A DNA stretch of 64,000 nt from Promethearchaeota archaeon (GCA_016839555.1 JAEOUA010000010.1:1-64000), one strand, 5' to 3'. Numbered from the stretch's first letter, positions 1 to 10,084 are shown. Made by a program: numbers and translations. The notes: generated by a model from the letters alone, not told the origin.

Positions 1-1
1 T

Positions 2-1273
2 GGAATGGACGATTTTTATGAAATTTCATGCAATTTAGACCCATTTAATGACGATACAGCTTTAGACAATGATCTTGATGGATTAAGCAACTTTTTAGAA
101 TATACTTTAGGGTCATTGGCAAATGATGCCGATTCTGATGACGATCTTATGCCAGACGATTGGGAATATCAATATAATTTAAATATAGTAATAGACGATG
201 CATATTTAGATTATGATTTTGATGGATTATTCAATCTTTTCGAATATTATCTTATGACAGTTCCTATTGCTCAAGACACTGATAAAGATGGAATATTAGA
301 TGGAACGGAAATTTTCACCTATTCAACGGATCCACATAATTCAGATTCTGATTCAGACGGTACTTTAGATGGGGTAGAGATTGCTTTAAATACAAATCCT
401 TTAGATCCAAGGGACTCATATAATAAAATAATATTAAATTATATCGCAATCGGTATCTTAATTCCAATCGGGATCTCTGGAGCAATTTTAAGCATAAAAT
501 ATGTAAAGAAAAGAAAAGAGGAAGGAATTAGCGAAAAAGAAAAAATTAATAAATTTAAATTTAAACTGAAGCCTAACACTTTTAATAGCTTAAAAACAGA
601 AACAATAGAAAGACCTAAACCAGTAATAAGAACAGAATATGCCCCTTATAAACCACCATTGGGTCCTAAACAACCTTATATACCTCGAAGCACATTTGAA
701 ATTGAATCAATGAAAGCTAAAATAAAAGATCTTCTTTTAAATAGACTTCCACCACCAGAACCTTCAAATTCTGAAAGAGGAAGAAATGCTAAAGTATTAG
801 CATTATTAGCATCTAATGATTTAAAAAATGGTAGAATACAGGAAGCAGCACAAAAAATGATGCAAGCTTTATTATTGGGTGTACCTGAGCCTTATAATAC
901 ACAAATCAAGGAATATCTTTTAAGATCATTGAATATTTATGAAGAGAGACCTAAATATATTCCACCATCTTTAAAAATTTCTAAAACAGAGCTAAAAAAA
1001 TGTCCATACTGTGGTCAAATAAATGAAGCTGAAAGTAAATTCTGTATTAAATGTGGAAAAAATTTTGAGCAAGATAAGAAACTCGAGTCAGATATTATAA
1101 TTTGTAAGAATTGTGGTACTAAAAACGACCCTGGAAGTAAATTCTGTATTAAATGTGGAACGAAATTTGAGCAAGATAAGAAATCAGAGTCAGATATTAT
1201 AATTTGTAAGAATTGTGGTACTAAAAACGATCCTGGAAGTAAATTCTGTATCAAATGTGGAGGTAAGTTATAA
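2..1273 (+). CDS. Single-pass surface protein (5' truncated by window): DxDxDG Ca-binding (thrombospondin type-3-like) repeats, TM helix, Pro-rich linker, three CxxC..CxxC zinc ribbons
   Basis: Repeated DLDGL/DSDDD/DTDKDG/DSDSDGTLDG motifs; TM IAIGILIPIGISGAILSI followed by KKRK; C-terminal CPYC..CIKC and 2x CKNC..CIKC; frame open to window edge. Confidence 0.8.
   Translation, partial: GMDDFYEISCNLDPFNDDTALDNDLDGLSNFLEYTLGSLANDADSDDDLMPDDWEYQYNLNIVIDDAYLDYDFDGLFNLFEYYLMTVPIAQDTDKDGILDGTEIFTYSTDPHNSDSDSDGTLDGVEIALNTNPLDPRDSYNKIILNYIAIGILIPIGISGAILSIKYVKKRKEEGISEKEKINKFKFKLKPNTFNSLKTETIERPKPVIRTEYAPYKPPLGPKQPYIPRSTFEIESMKAKIKDLLLNRLPPPEPSNSERGRNAKVLALLASNDLKNGRIQEAAQKMMQALLLGVPEPYNTQIKEYLLRSLNIYEERPKYIPPSLKISKTELKKCPYCGQINEAESKFCIKCGKNFEQDKKLESDIIICKNCGTKNDPGSKFCIKCGTKFEQDKKSESDIIICKNCGTKNDPGSKFCIKCGGKL
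1034..1261 (+). repeat. 102-bp tandem repeat (~2.2 copies) encoding the zinc-ribbon units
   Basis: agtaaattctgtat(t/c)aaatgtgga recurs at 1034, 1136 and 1238 with near-identical intervening sequence. Confidence 0.95.
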
Positions 1274-1276
1274 AGC

Positions 1277-1792
1277 ATGGCGAGTAAATTAAAATCTCAA
1301 AAACCTAATTTAAAATTAGTTGAATTTAAGGAAACAGACGAAATTTTATTTCCAGATGTTTGTATCATTTGTGGGAAAACAACTGATTCTAGAGTCCAAA
1401 AAAGATTATATGGAAAATTTGTTTTTGAAAAATCCTATAAAAAAAATTATAATTTCAGTTTGCCCATTTGTAGTAATTGCAAAAATAGACTAAAAATTAA
1501 ATCGGGGTTCAATAATATATTCGAAAAACTACTTATAATTAGTGTTATAATTGGAATTATTTCAGGAATCATCTTAGGAATTTATACCTATTCAATTGGC
1601 ATGGCATTAGCTATTCCGGTAATCTGTTTTCTTGTTCCTTTCTTCTTCTACTGGAGATCAACGAAAGACAAATTGAAGCTTGATAATTATTTCAAAATTG
1701 AGCTAATAAATGGTCAAATAGATATTATTAGATTATCATTCCTAAATAGTGAATACGCTAAATTTATTGAAAATACGAATTTGAAAAATTAA
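1277..1792 (+). CDS. Zn-binding two-TM membrane protein
   Basis: PDVCIICG and LPICSNC motifs followed by two hydrophobic helices; 3 bp after upstream gene. Confidence 0.7.
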   Translation: MASKLKSQKPNLKLVEFKETDEILFPDVCIICGKTTDSRVQKRLYGKFVFEKSYKKNYNFSLPICSNCKNRLKIKSGFNNIFEKLLIISVIIGIISGIILGIYTYSIGMALAIPVICFLVPFFFYWRSTKDKLKLDNYFKIELINGQIDIIRLSFLNSEYAKFIENTNLKN

Positions 1793-2043
1793 TATTTTCT
1801 TTTTATTAATTAGAAATGTATTTCTGATATTAATAACATTATAGAAGTAATAATAAATTCTTGACTATTAAAAATTATTAAGAAATTTAAATCTTTATGA
1901 TTCTGTGCATATTTATTTAGTAAATTTTAAATTCTCATTTCTTTATCGATTATTAGAATTATGAGAAAAGGTATAATAAGATATAACTAATTTTTTAGTT
2001 AAATTTTAAATTTTATTTAAATACTAAATTAAATGGTGATAAA

Positions 2044-3258
2044 ATGTTAGGATATCCTGAAATGTTGGCTCTCGCTGCTGAATATGTTAATATTAAAGAA
2101 GCTGAATATCTCAAATTGGAAAGACCATTGGCTAATATAAATGTAAATATTACATTAACTTTAGAAAATGGTAAAACAATTTTAGCTCCAACGTACCTTA
2201 CCTTAATGAATGAAGTTGGAGCGGGAAAGGGGGGCTTACGCATTCATAAAAATGTTTCTTTGGAGGAAGTACAATCTCTTGCAGGACTTATGGAAATCAA
2301 ATGTAGAATAACAGAATTACCTTTTGCCGGTGCTAAAGCAGGTATATGTATCAATACTGAAGATTTAACTACTAAAGATTATGAAAAATTAATTTTTTTA
2401 TGGGCAGAAACCTATAAACCAATTTTAATACCACGAAATAAAAAATATTATTATATAACAGCTTGCGATGTAAATTCACGTCCTTGGATGATGTCAAAAA
2501 TAGTCCGTCATATGGGGGATTATCAATGTGCAACCTCTAAAGATCCATTAGATGGTGGAATAAGAGGAAGACCACCTGCTACAGGATATGGAGTTGCAAA
2601 TATTACAAAATTTTATATAGAAAACATTAGTGGTGAGTCGATTAAGGGAAAAACCATTGGAATTCAGGGTTTTGGAAATGTGGGTGGTTGGACAGCACGC
2701 TATTTATATGAAATGGGAGCTAAAATCACTGCTATTACTGATCTTTACGGAGGGGTGTATAATGAAAATGGAATAAATATACCAGAATTATTAAAATATA
2801 CGCAAAAAAGTAATAATAACTCTGTTAGTGGATTTGGAAAAGAATTTTCTAATGAAGAATTATTTTCAGCTCACTTTGATGTTTTAATTCCTGCTGCATT
2901 AGAAGATCAGATAACAAAAAAGAATGCATACAATATAGATTCGGAACTGATAATTTGCGCCGCTAATGGTCCAATAACATTAAAAGGACAGGAAATTTTA
3001 GATCAAAGAAATATCACAATAATCCCCGGAATTGCAAATGCGGGGGGTGTAATTGCTTCTAATTTTGAACTAATGAATGCGGGTGATCCAAAAGTTGTAG
3101 AAATTAAAGATGTTCAGCAGTATATTAATAAAAAACAAATAAGTAATTTTAAAGATATTATCCGTTTGTCTAAAGAGCTTCAAGTGAATTTATTTTTAGC
3201 AGAAATAATTTTGGCAATTGAAAGAAGATTAGACATTTTAAGAGCAATAGGTTTCTGA
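2044..3258 (+). CDS. gdhA: Glu/Leu/Phe/Val dehydrogenase (glutamate dehydrogenase)
   Basis: KGGLR, GAKAG, ATGYGV, IQGFGNVG, AANGP, NAGGV motifs; GGTGA SD at 2035-2039. Confidence 0.88.
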   Translation: MLGYPEMLALAAEYVNIKEAEYLKLERPLANINVNITLTLENGKTILAPTYLTLMNEVGAGKGGLRIHKNVSLEEVQSLAGLMEIKCRITELPFAGAKAGICINTEDLTTKDYEKLIFLWAETYKPILIPRNKKYYYITACDVNSRPWMMSKIVRHMGDYQCATSKDPLDGGIRGRPPATGYGVANITKFYIENISGESIKGKTIGIQGFGNVGGWTARYLYEMGAKITAITDLYGGVYNENGINIPELLKYTQKSNNNSVSGFGKEFSNEELFSAHFDVLIPAALEDQITKKNAYNIDSELIICAANGPITLKGQEILDQRNITIIPGIANAGGVIASNFELMNAGDPKVVEIKDVQQYINKKQISNFKDIIRLSKELQVNLFLAEIILAIERRLDILRAIGF

Positions 3259-3408
3259 AAAAATAATTTAATATGGATTATTTTTAGATTTTTTTTCTAA
3301 TTTTATTTAGAATACATCTAATATTGAAAGATTTTGGTCATAAATATAACAAAAAATAATTTAATATAAGGTATATTTTCGAAGCTAAGTCTGAAAAAAG
3401 GATAAATT

Positions 3409-3903
3409 ATGACGCAAAAGGTCTTAGTATTTGAACCTAAGAAATGTATAGGATGTCGACTTTGCGAACAATTATGTACTTTGACTCATTATGGAGTTGT
3501 GAATCCCTCAAAAGCTCGTATTCGCATTATTAGGGATCATGATTCCCAACTAGATATAGCAACATATTGCCATCAATGTAGTGATGCTCCTTGTATTAAA
3601 GTATGCAATTTCGATGCGCTTTCTAGAGATCTTAAGACAAATGCCATAATCGTTGATGATGAAAAATGCGTTGGTTGCAGAAAATGTATTCAAGAATGCC
3701 CTTTTGCAGCACCATCTATGCATCCTGAGAAAAAAGTTGTCCTTATCTGTGATTTATGTGGAGGAAATCCCAAATGTGTTGAAATATGTCCCGAAAAAGC
3801 AATACAATATCTCGATATCCAGAAAGCGAATAATATATATAAATCAATTTATGTTACAGAAACCGCACAAAAGTTAACTCAGGAGGACAAATCAAATGAA
3901 TAA
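3409..3903 (+). CDS. 4x[4Fe-4S] electron-transfer subunit of AOR (DmsB/HybA-like)
   Basis: CIGCRLC, CHQC..C, CVGCRKC, CDLC..PKC motifs; overlaps AOR start. Confidence 0.9.
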   Translation: MTQKVLVFEPKKCIGCRLCEQLCTLTHYGVVNPSKARIRIIRDHDSQLDIATYCHQCSDAPCIKVCNFDALSRDLKTNAIIVDDEKCVGCRKCIQECPFAAPSMHPEKKVVLICDLCGGNPKCVEICPEKAIQYLDIQKANNIYKSIYVTETAQKLTQEDKSNE

Positions 3904-5716
3904 ATATTATGGAATGTTTGGAAAACTATTAAGAATAAACCTAACTAAAGAACAAATTTCCATCGAAACCATAAAGCCAGGGTTATGGAAAAAATACTTA
4001 GGTGGTCGAGGTTTAGGAGCAAACTTCTTAGCACAGGAAGTTCCACCCAATACTGAAGCCTTAAGCTCGGAAAATAGACTTATCTTTATGAATGGTCCAC
4101 TCGCTGGCACATCTATTCCCGGTAACAACAAAATTTGCGTGACATTCAAATCACCATTAACTAATAGCTACTCTTATTCTCTCTGCGGAGGTCATTTTGG
4201 TCCTGAATTAAAATATGCTGGATATGATGGTATTATAATAGAAGGGAAAGCAAATGAACCGACTTATGTTTGGATTGATGATGAAAACATAAAATTGAAA
4301 ACTGCTAATCACATTTGGGGTCAATTAATTCCTGAAAGTGAAAATCAAATTAGAAAAGAACTCGGTGATGATAAAACCATTCAGATTGCTGTTATAGGGC
4401 CCGCAGGCGAAAAATTAGTAAATTATGCATGTATTACTGCCGGTATGTATAGGGAGTTTGGCCGAGGTGGAGCGGGTGCGGTTATGGGTTCAAAAAATTT
4501 GAAGGGTATTGCTGTAAGAGGGTCTCATGATGTGAAAGTGGCAGATATAAAGAAAGTTATTAAATTAACAAAAAGATTGACAGATAATATTAAAAATTCC
4601 CATTTGGGAAAAATTCGTAGGCAATATGGAACTATGGAATTAGTAGAACGAATTAATAATGCTGGATTTTGGACTACTCGAAATTATTCTGAAGGATATT
4701 TTGAAGAAGGATATAAACTTGAAGGAAAAGAAATGAGAGAAAAAATCATAGTTGGAGATAGTGCTTGTTTTAGTTGTCCTATAGGCTGTGGTAAATGGAC
4801 TTATATTTTAACTCAAAATGGTAAAAAGATACAAATGGAGGGACCCGAATTTGAAACGGTGGGGATGCTCGGTTCGAATTGTGGCATAAGCAATTGGGAA
4901 ACGATTATAAAAGCTGCTGAAATATGCGATACCTATGGATTTGACACTATTAATGCTGGGGCGTGTATTTCAATGCTAATGGAGGCTTATGAAAGTGGGA
5001 CATTGTCTCAAGCTGATTTAGGCGGTGTTCAAATGGAATTTGGCAATGAGGATGCATTACTTAAGACGTTAAAAATGATTGGTGAGCGTCAAGGACTAGG
5101 TGACTTACTCGCACAAGGAATTCTAAAAGCAAGTGAAGAACTAAATATTTCTGAATTTGCTATACATTCTAAAGGTCAATCATTTCCTGTATATGATCCT
5201 AGGGGAGCTAAAGCTATGGCTCTTACATATGCAACCTCACCAAAAGGTGCGCATCATATGTTTGCTACAACCTTTGGAGCAGAGCTTGCTCTTGGAAATC
5301 GTTTTGAAGTGGAGGGTAAAGCAATGCTTGAAAGAAATCACCAATTTAGTATGTGTATAGTAGACTCTATTGCGATATGCTCAACTATTCGGTCAGGAGT
5401 TCCTCTTGAGGATCAAGCACAAACATATTCAGCTGTTACGGGAATAGAAGTGGGTAGTGAAGATTTAAACACAATTGCGGAACGAATAATAAATCTTGAA
5501 CGTATGTACAATGTAAGGTTGGGGTTTAGTAGAAAAAATGATACTTTACCTGAGCGATTTTTAAAAGAACCTATGCCTAAAGGAGAGGCTAAAGGGCAAA
5601 CGGTTGATTTGGACACTCTATTAAATGATTATTATAATATAATGGGATGGAATTCAAATGGAATTCCTTCTGAGAATAAGTTAAAGGAGCTAGAAATTTT
5701 CGATTTATTTAATTAA
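3896..5716 (+). CDS. aor: Tungsten-dependent aldehyde:ferredoxin oxidoreductase family
   Basis: LGGRGLG, KSPLT, GPAGE, GRGGAGAVMGSKNLK, CxxCPxxC, GPEFET, DPRG, DTLPERF. Confidence 0.93.
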   Translation: MNKYYGMFGKLLRINLTKEQISIETIKPGLWKKYLGGRGLGANFLAQEVPPNTEALSSENRLIFMNGPLAGTSIPGNNKICVTFKSPLTNSYSYSLCGGHFGPELKYAGYDGIIIEGKANEPTYVWIDDENIKLKTANHIWGQLIPESENQIRKELGDDKTIQIAVIGPAGEKLVNYACITAGMYREFGRGGAGAVMGSKNLKGIAVRGSHDVKVADIKKVIKLTKRLTDNIKNSHLGKIRRQYGTMELVERINNAGFWTTRNYSEGYFEEGYKLEGKEMREKIIVGDSACFSCPIGCGKWTYILTQNGKKIQMEGPEFETVGMLGSNCGISNWETIIKAAEICDTYGFDTINAGACISMLMEAYESGTLSQADLGGVQMEFGNEDALLKTLKMIGERQGLGDLLAQGILKASEELNISEFAIHSKGQSFPVYDPRGAKAMALTYATSPKGAHHMFATTFGAELALGNRFEVEGKAMLERNHQFSMCIVDSIAICSTIRSGVPLEDQAQTYSAVTGIEVGSEDLNTIAERIINLERMYNVRLGFSRKNDTLPERFLKEPMPKGEAKGQTVDLDTLLNDYYNIMGWNSNGIPSENKLKELEIFDLFN

Positions 5717-5737
5717 GTTAATTCTCAATAAAAAGTA

Positions 5738-6400
5738 CTATTTTTCATAATCTGGCTCTTGATACCATTTTTCTAATAAATTTCTCTTTGCTATGTATCT
5801 TAGAGAATAAAGAGAAGGAAAGATGAGTATTGTAGTTTCCAAAAACCAAATAAGATTATAGACTGTTAATATCAGAGGTACTATTCTGGAGCCGATGGTG
5901 ATTGTTCCATGATATGCTAAGGGAATCGACATAAAATCTGGTGCCTTAAGTATTATGAAGGGAAAAAATAATTCAATATATTCGTGTGCTTGCAAATCCA
6001 ACAACAAGTGGCTGAGACCTCCAATAAATGCAGAATAGGAAGCTATTAAGTAAAATTTTTTATTAATCTGTTTTAATTTTAGTAGATCCCATTTATTAAT
6101 TCCAAAATATTTTAAGGGTTTTAAGATGAATAAATTTTTTTTAGCTATTTTTGACAGGTAAGGGGCTATATATAGTGAAAATACTACAGTAAACAAAAGG
6201 GTTATTGGAATTGTCCAAATAAAAATTCCTATCAATGAATGAGTTAAGTTTCTAAAAAAACCAGGAAAAAGAAAATCAAAAAATATATTTAAATCAGGAA
6301 CAAAAGTGCTAATGCATATTGCACTTCCATCAATTTTATGAGGATATTTCAATTTTATGAGTATGGCAGGTGCTTGATGCGAGAGTATAGAACTTGGCAT
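5738..6400 (-). CDS. DUF4184-like membrane-bound metal-dependent hydrolase
   Basis: SHQAPA, VPD, THS, SHLLLD..H motifs with TM helices. Confidence 0.7.
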   Translation of the reverse strand: MPSSILSHQAPAILIKLKYPHKIDGSAICISTFVPDLNIFFDFLFPGFFRNLTHSLIGIFIWTIPITLLFTVVFSLYIAPYLSKIAKKNLFILKPLKYFGINKWDLLKLKQINKKFYLIASYSAFIGGLSHLLLDLQAHEYIELFFPFIILKAPDFMSIPLAYHGTITIGSRIVPLILTVYNLIWFLETTILIFPSLYSLRYIAKRNLLEKWYQEPDYEK

Positions 6401-6527
6401 GATTTGAAAAGCTGAGACTTAATGTTAATATTCTATAAATACAATTAAATTTACTCATAATATTCTTTATTGTATTTTAATTAACTTGATTTTTAAAAAT
6501 AAGAGTAATGATTATATATCTTAAATT

Positions 6528-6995
6528 TTAAAGAGAGTTTAAAAATTGTTCTACTCCAGTACAATTTGGGAGAGAGTTATCTAATAATTCGAGTAAAGAT
6601 AATTCAAATTTTTTTTTATCAAGATCATATACCTTCTTGATGTATTTTTCAATGATGAGCTTCTTAATCTCATCTAATTTTATGGACTTTCTATTTATTT
6701 GAACATTTTTATTAAAAACCACTATAAAAAGGTTTCTTTTACATTTATCTTTCAAATAAAAAATCTTTTCATTGCCTAAATCGATATTTGAGATTTGTTC
6801 TTCACCAAATTCTCTCGCAAAAGAATTCATAGCTAAAATAAAACGTGAAAATAATGATTCATCTACTATAGTTTCATATTCAGGATTATTATAAGAAAAT
6901 ATTAATTCTTTCTTTCCATTAATAATATAAATTCTTTTTATATTATCAGCCATCTTATGGTCATTCTTTGATAAGATATCAACAATATGAGACAT
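6528..6995 (-). CDS. Longin-like domain protein
   Basis: IKRIYIIN..ELIFSY...DESLFSRFILAMNSFAREFGEEQISNIDLGN pattern typical of Asgard longin/sigma-adaptin-like proteins. Confidence 0.65.
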   Translation of the reverse strand: MSHIVDILSKNDHKMADNIKRIYIINGKKELIFSYNNPEYETIVDESLFSRFILAMNSFAREFGEEQISNIDLGNEKIFYLKDKCKRNLFIVVFNKNVQINRKSIKLDEIKKLIIEKYIKKVYDLDKKKFELSLLELLDNSLPNCTGVEQFLNSL

Positions 6996-7345
6996 TTTTT
7001 ATTAATTTAATACTATTGATTTAAGATACACGATTTAATTTGTACTATTAAAATCCTATATGATAATAAAAAGAATTGGAGTCCAATCTTTTCAGAAGCA
7101 ATACTTCATTTTAAAATTATTGAATTTGATTTTAGAGTTCAATAAAACTATATAAGATTTCTATTAATAGTTTTTTTCTTATTCACGTAAAAAATGAATA
7201 AATAATAAATCTTATTTGTATATTCTATGGTTATCTTTATTCTCTATATAGTTTTTTTAATAATTAACACACGCTTATTTAAAAATAAGAATCAGAATGA
7301 AAATAGATTAAAATTATAAAAAATTGTAAAGTGAAAAAGAGATGG

Positions 7346-7788
7346 TTATAATAGTTCTGATTCTAAGATCTCTTTAAACTTTTCATTATATTTTTCTAAT
7401 GAATTACTTAAAGTATTCTTCAATTGTTTTACTTGATTTTCCATTTTAATAAATTTGGAAAAGGGGATAAATAATTTAGAATAGTCAATTTTATGAGAAT
7501 TCATAGCTTTTCTTAAGTCGAGATTCTTTAGATCTAGGCGCTCAAGGAACTCCTCATTAATTTCTAAATCCATTTTTTCCATTTCTTTAAATATTATATC
7601 CTTAATTAGCCAGTATTTCATGAAATTTTTAAATGGTGGTAATATACAGATAATACCCTGTGATGATTAAATGAAATTATTTAATCTTTAATTTTGAAAA
7701 AATATTCGTCCATATTCCCCACAAACAGCTCACAATAGACCGGAGCCGCGCGATCGCCGCAATAGGCGTAAATAGTTGATACTTTATA
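7346..7788 (-). pseudogene. Possible degenerate DDE transposase remnant (includes ORF 7346..7621)
   Basis: Locally GC-rich 7735-7770; minus frame 7788-7681 reads YKVSTIYAYCGDRAAPVYCELFVGNMD; a second frame gives QGIICILPPFKN running into the 91-aa ORF; both resemble IS4/IS5/IS1634-type motifs. Confidence 0.35.
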
Positions 7789-7821
7789 CTAATTTGCAAT
7801 AATTAGTATAGCTAACAAGTT

Positions 7822-8316
7822 CTAATCCTCTTTCGATAAATTACTATTAATTATTGTACCGGATTTATAGATTAAATCTAACCCTACATCTTCTAACCTT
7901 TTCTTATGAAAGATTATTATTTTTCTCACAGTCAATACATTTACACCTAATAATTCGGCAAGTTCTTTTAACTGAATCTCCTCAACAGACTCAAAAATCT
8001 CTGGTAGCTTATTGATTATAGATAATTCATAGTCCTTCAGCTCTTTCTCTAATTTGATGCCTTTCGCTTCGGCGAGGATCTGCCTTTTTATCCCAGCCAG
8101 ATCAATTTCCCAGGTACTCATCATCTTCTCCGAATTTTGATTTATCCATTCCTTAATAATCTGAGCGATGATTGCTGATTTCGAATTTCCCATAACCCCA
8201 ATTAGATTTGTGATAATTTCATGGTCTAACTTGTCTATATTAACAGTTATTCGTTCTTTAGAAAGTTTTGAAAGATCTAACTCATTTGGATCAGTAGAAT
8301 TACTGTTGGGGTTCAT
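7822..8316 (-). CDS. Ribbon-helix-helix (CopG-like) DNA-binding protein with C-terminal HTH
   Basis: RITVNID...GNSKSAIIAQIIKEWI (RHH); IQLKELAELLGVNVLTVRKII (HTH). Confidence 0.65.
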   Translation of the reverse strand: MNPNSNSTDPNELDLSKLSKERITVNIDKLDHEIITNLIGVMGNSKSAIIAQIIKEWINQNSEKMMSTWEIDLAGIKRQILAEAKGIKLEKELKDYELSIINKLPEIFESVEEIQLKELAELLGVNVLTVRKIIIFHKKRLEDVGLDLIYKSGTIINSNLSKED

Positions 8317-8374
8317 CGTTTTAAAAATAATTTGTGCTTCTTAAAATGATATTTTTATACTAATAAATAGAAAA

Positions 8375-8427
8375 TTTGCATTTATAAATATTATGCAAAG
8401 TGCATTCCCAAGTGGTGTGAAATGCAC
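8375..8427. promoter_or_regulatory. Two adjacent inverted repeats with TGCAT half-sites in a divergent promoter region
   Basis: tttgcat-N11-atgcaaa (8375-8399, spanning TTTATAAATA) and gtgcatt-N14-aatgcac (8400-8427), followed by TTTATATA. Confidence 0.55.
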
Positions 8428-8529
8428 AAAGATTTATATATTATAATGTTTATATTATTATCATAATATCAAAAGAATACTGTGATATTATACCAATAAT
8501 TCTAATTTCAAAAAAAGGTTGTGTGTAAA

Positions 8530-9171
8530 ATGCTTGAATTAATACCATATAATAAGAGAATTTTTACCTCGAAAAATCATGTTGATATTGATCTAATAAA
8601 TCAAGGGAAAGAATTTATAGAACAATTTGATATTAACCAAGAATTAATCGTAGAAACCATCTCTATTATATATAAGTATTTAGAAAAAATACATAAAATC
8701 CCTCAAAATTTTTTTAAATTCTTTATTGCAGCATATTATATTTCTTCTCGACATCCAAAGACTTTTCCTAACCAAGAATCAAAAGATACTTTTTGCCAGA
8801 GATTTCACATTAAGAAGAGTGCTTTGAAATATAGTGTTAATAAAATAATTTCAGAATTAAATTATATAAAAATTGTAGATGATATGAGCCGTCCTTATTT
8901 TCTGAATCCAGAAAGAGACATTGCTTATAGACTTTTAAAAAGTATAATAAAAAAGCAAGCGGATCTTGCGATGATGAACTTTTTAATTTATCATCAACCA
9001 ATTAATTCGCAAATCTTAAGTGAAGATTTAGTATCAAAAACTATATTAGAAATGAAATTATTTCCCGAAGAATTATTTCGTCAATTTTATGATTTAACGT
9101 TTGAAATCATTGAGGATCATTTAGAAGAATACTATAGCTATATAGATCTTCAAAACAAATATTTTATTTAA
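8530..9171 (+). CDS. Cyclin-fold/TFIIB-repeat-like protein
   Basis: FIEQFDI...FIAAYYISSRHP....SKDTFCQRFHIKKSALKYSVNKII resembles a cyclin-box/TFB helical repeat; no TFB zinc ribbon; ATG at 8530 (track starts at GTG 8521). Confidence 0.5.
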   Translation: MLELIPYNKRIFTSKNHVDIDLINQGKEFIEQFDINQELIVETISIIYKYLEKIHKIPQNFFKFFIAAYYISSRHPKTFPNQESKDTFCQRFHIKKSALKYSVNKIISELNYIKIVDDMSRPYFLNPERDIAYRLLKSIIKKQADLAMMNFLIYHQPINSQILSEDLVSKTILEMKLFPEELFRQFYDLTFEIIEDHLEEYYSYIDLQNKYFI

Positions 9172-9175
9172 TCTA

Positions 9176-10084
9176 TTATAAATTTTTTTCATTTTTCTCT
9201 TTTGTAAAGGATTTATATTCATAATTCTGAGAATCTTCCTGAAATAAATCAATATCCTTAACAAGCGTTTCAATTTTAGAGAAAAATCCTAATATTAGGC
9301 TTAATTCTTTTTTTGAGAGAAAAGAGCGCTCTATCATATTTTTAAACGATAAAAATGCATTTTTTGTTTTATAATTCCTGATTTTAAATTTTTTTATCAA
9401 ATTTTTAAGAATCATATATAGAATTTTCCGATCATTTTTATTTGCTAATAATATGGGGCTTTTTCCTCTGCCAATGGTAATAATATGAAGTTGTTTAAAT
9501 AATTCATATAAAATGATTCCACATGCTTGAGCAAGGTTTAATGTGGGGTATTGTTCCCCGGTGGGGATCCTTAATAGGATATCTATTAATAACAATTCCT
9601 CATTAGTAAGACCTCTGGATTCCTTCCCAAATAGAATAGCAATTTCTAAGGGTCGCTTTGAAACGGGTAATTCTAGATGTTCTGGGAATATAGCCAATCG
9701 ATTTAAATTATTAAAATCCTCACCTTTTGCCGTAGTTCCTATAATGAGATCAAATTTATCAAGGAATTTTCTTAAAATGTCGATATGACGTTCCTGATTA
9801 TTGATTTCGATTATCTCTGAATTTTGAAGGATATCTTTTCCATGCATCGCAAATCCTTGGGTTTCATAGCTTAAAATATTCTTAACAGATTCAATCGGAT
9901 TAAAGATGACTAAGTTTTTGAAATCAAAATTTTTCATTATCCTAGCGATTTGCCCAATATTTCCTGAATTCTCGGGGCGAATAAGAATTATTGTAAATGA
10001 CAGATTTTCATATTCTTCATTCCTATAGGTCCCCTTGAAATTTTCTAACTCTCTAAGGATTTTTTTTTTATCCAATTTGGACAC
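9176..10084 (-). CDS. trmJ: SPOUT tRNA/rRNA methyltransferase, TrmJ/LasT type
   Basis: PENSGNIGQIARIMKNF, FGKESRGLTNEEL, PTLNLAQA. Confidence 0.85.
   Translation of the reverse strand: MSKLDKKKILRELENFKGTYRNEEYENLSFTIILIRPENSGNIGQIARIMKNFDFKNLVIFNPIESVKNILSYETQGFAMHGKDILQNSEIIEINNQERHIDILRKFLDKFDLIIGTTAKGEDFNNLNRLAIFPEHLELPVSKRPLEIAILFGKESRGLTNEELLLIDILLRIPTGEQYPTLNLAQACGIILYELFKQLHIITIGRGKSPILLANKNDRKILYMILKNLIKKFKIRNYKTKNAFLSFKNMIERSFLSKKELSLILGFFSKIETLVKDIDLFQEDSQNYEYKSFTKEKNEKNL

Noticed and set aside
1034-1261. Repeat as CRISPR or DGR-type repeat
   Set aside because: In-frame 102-bp coding duplication with no unique spacers and no RT or cas gene nearby
7735-7775. GC-rich patch as tRNA or group II intron domain V
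   Set aside because: No cloverleaf or TTCRA T-loop, and no complete domain V stem could be drawn
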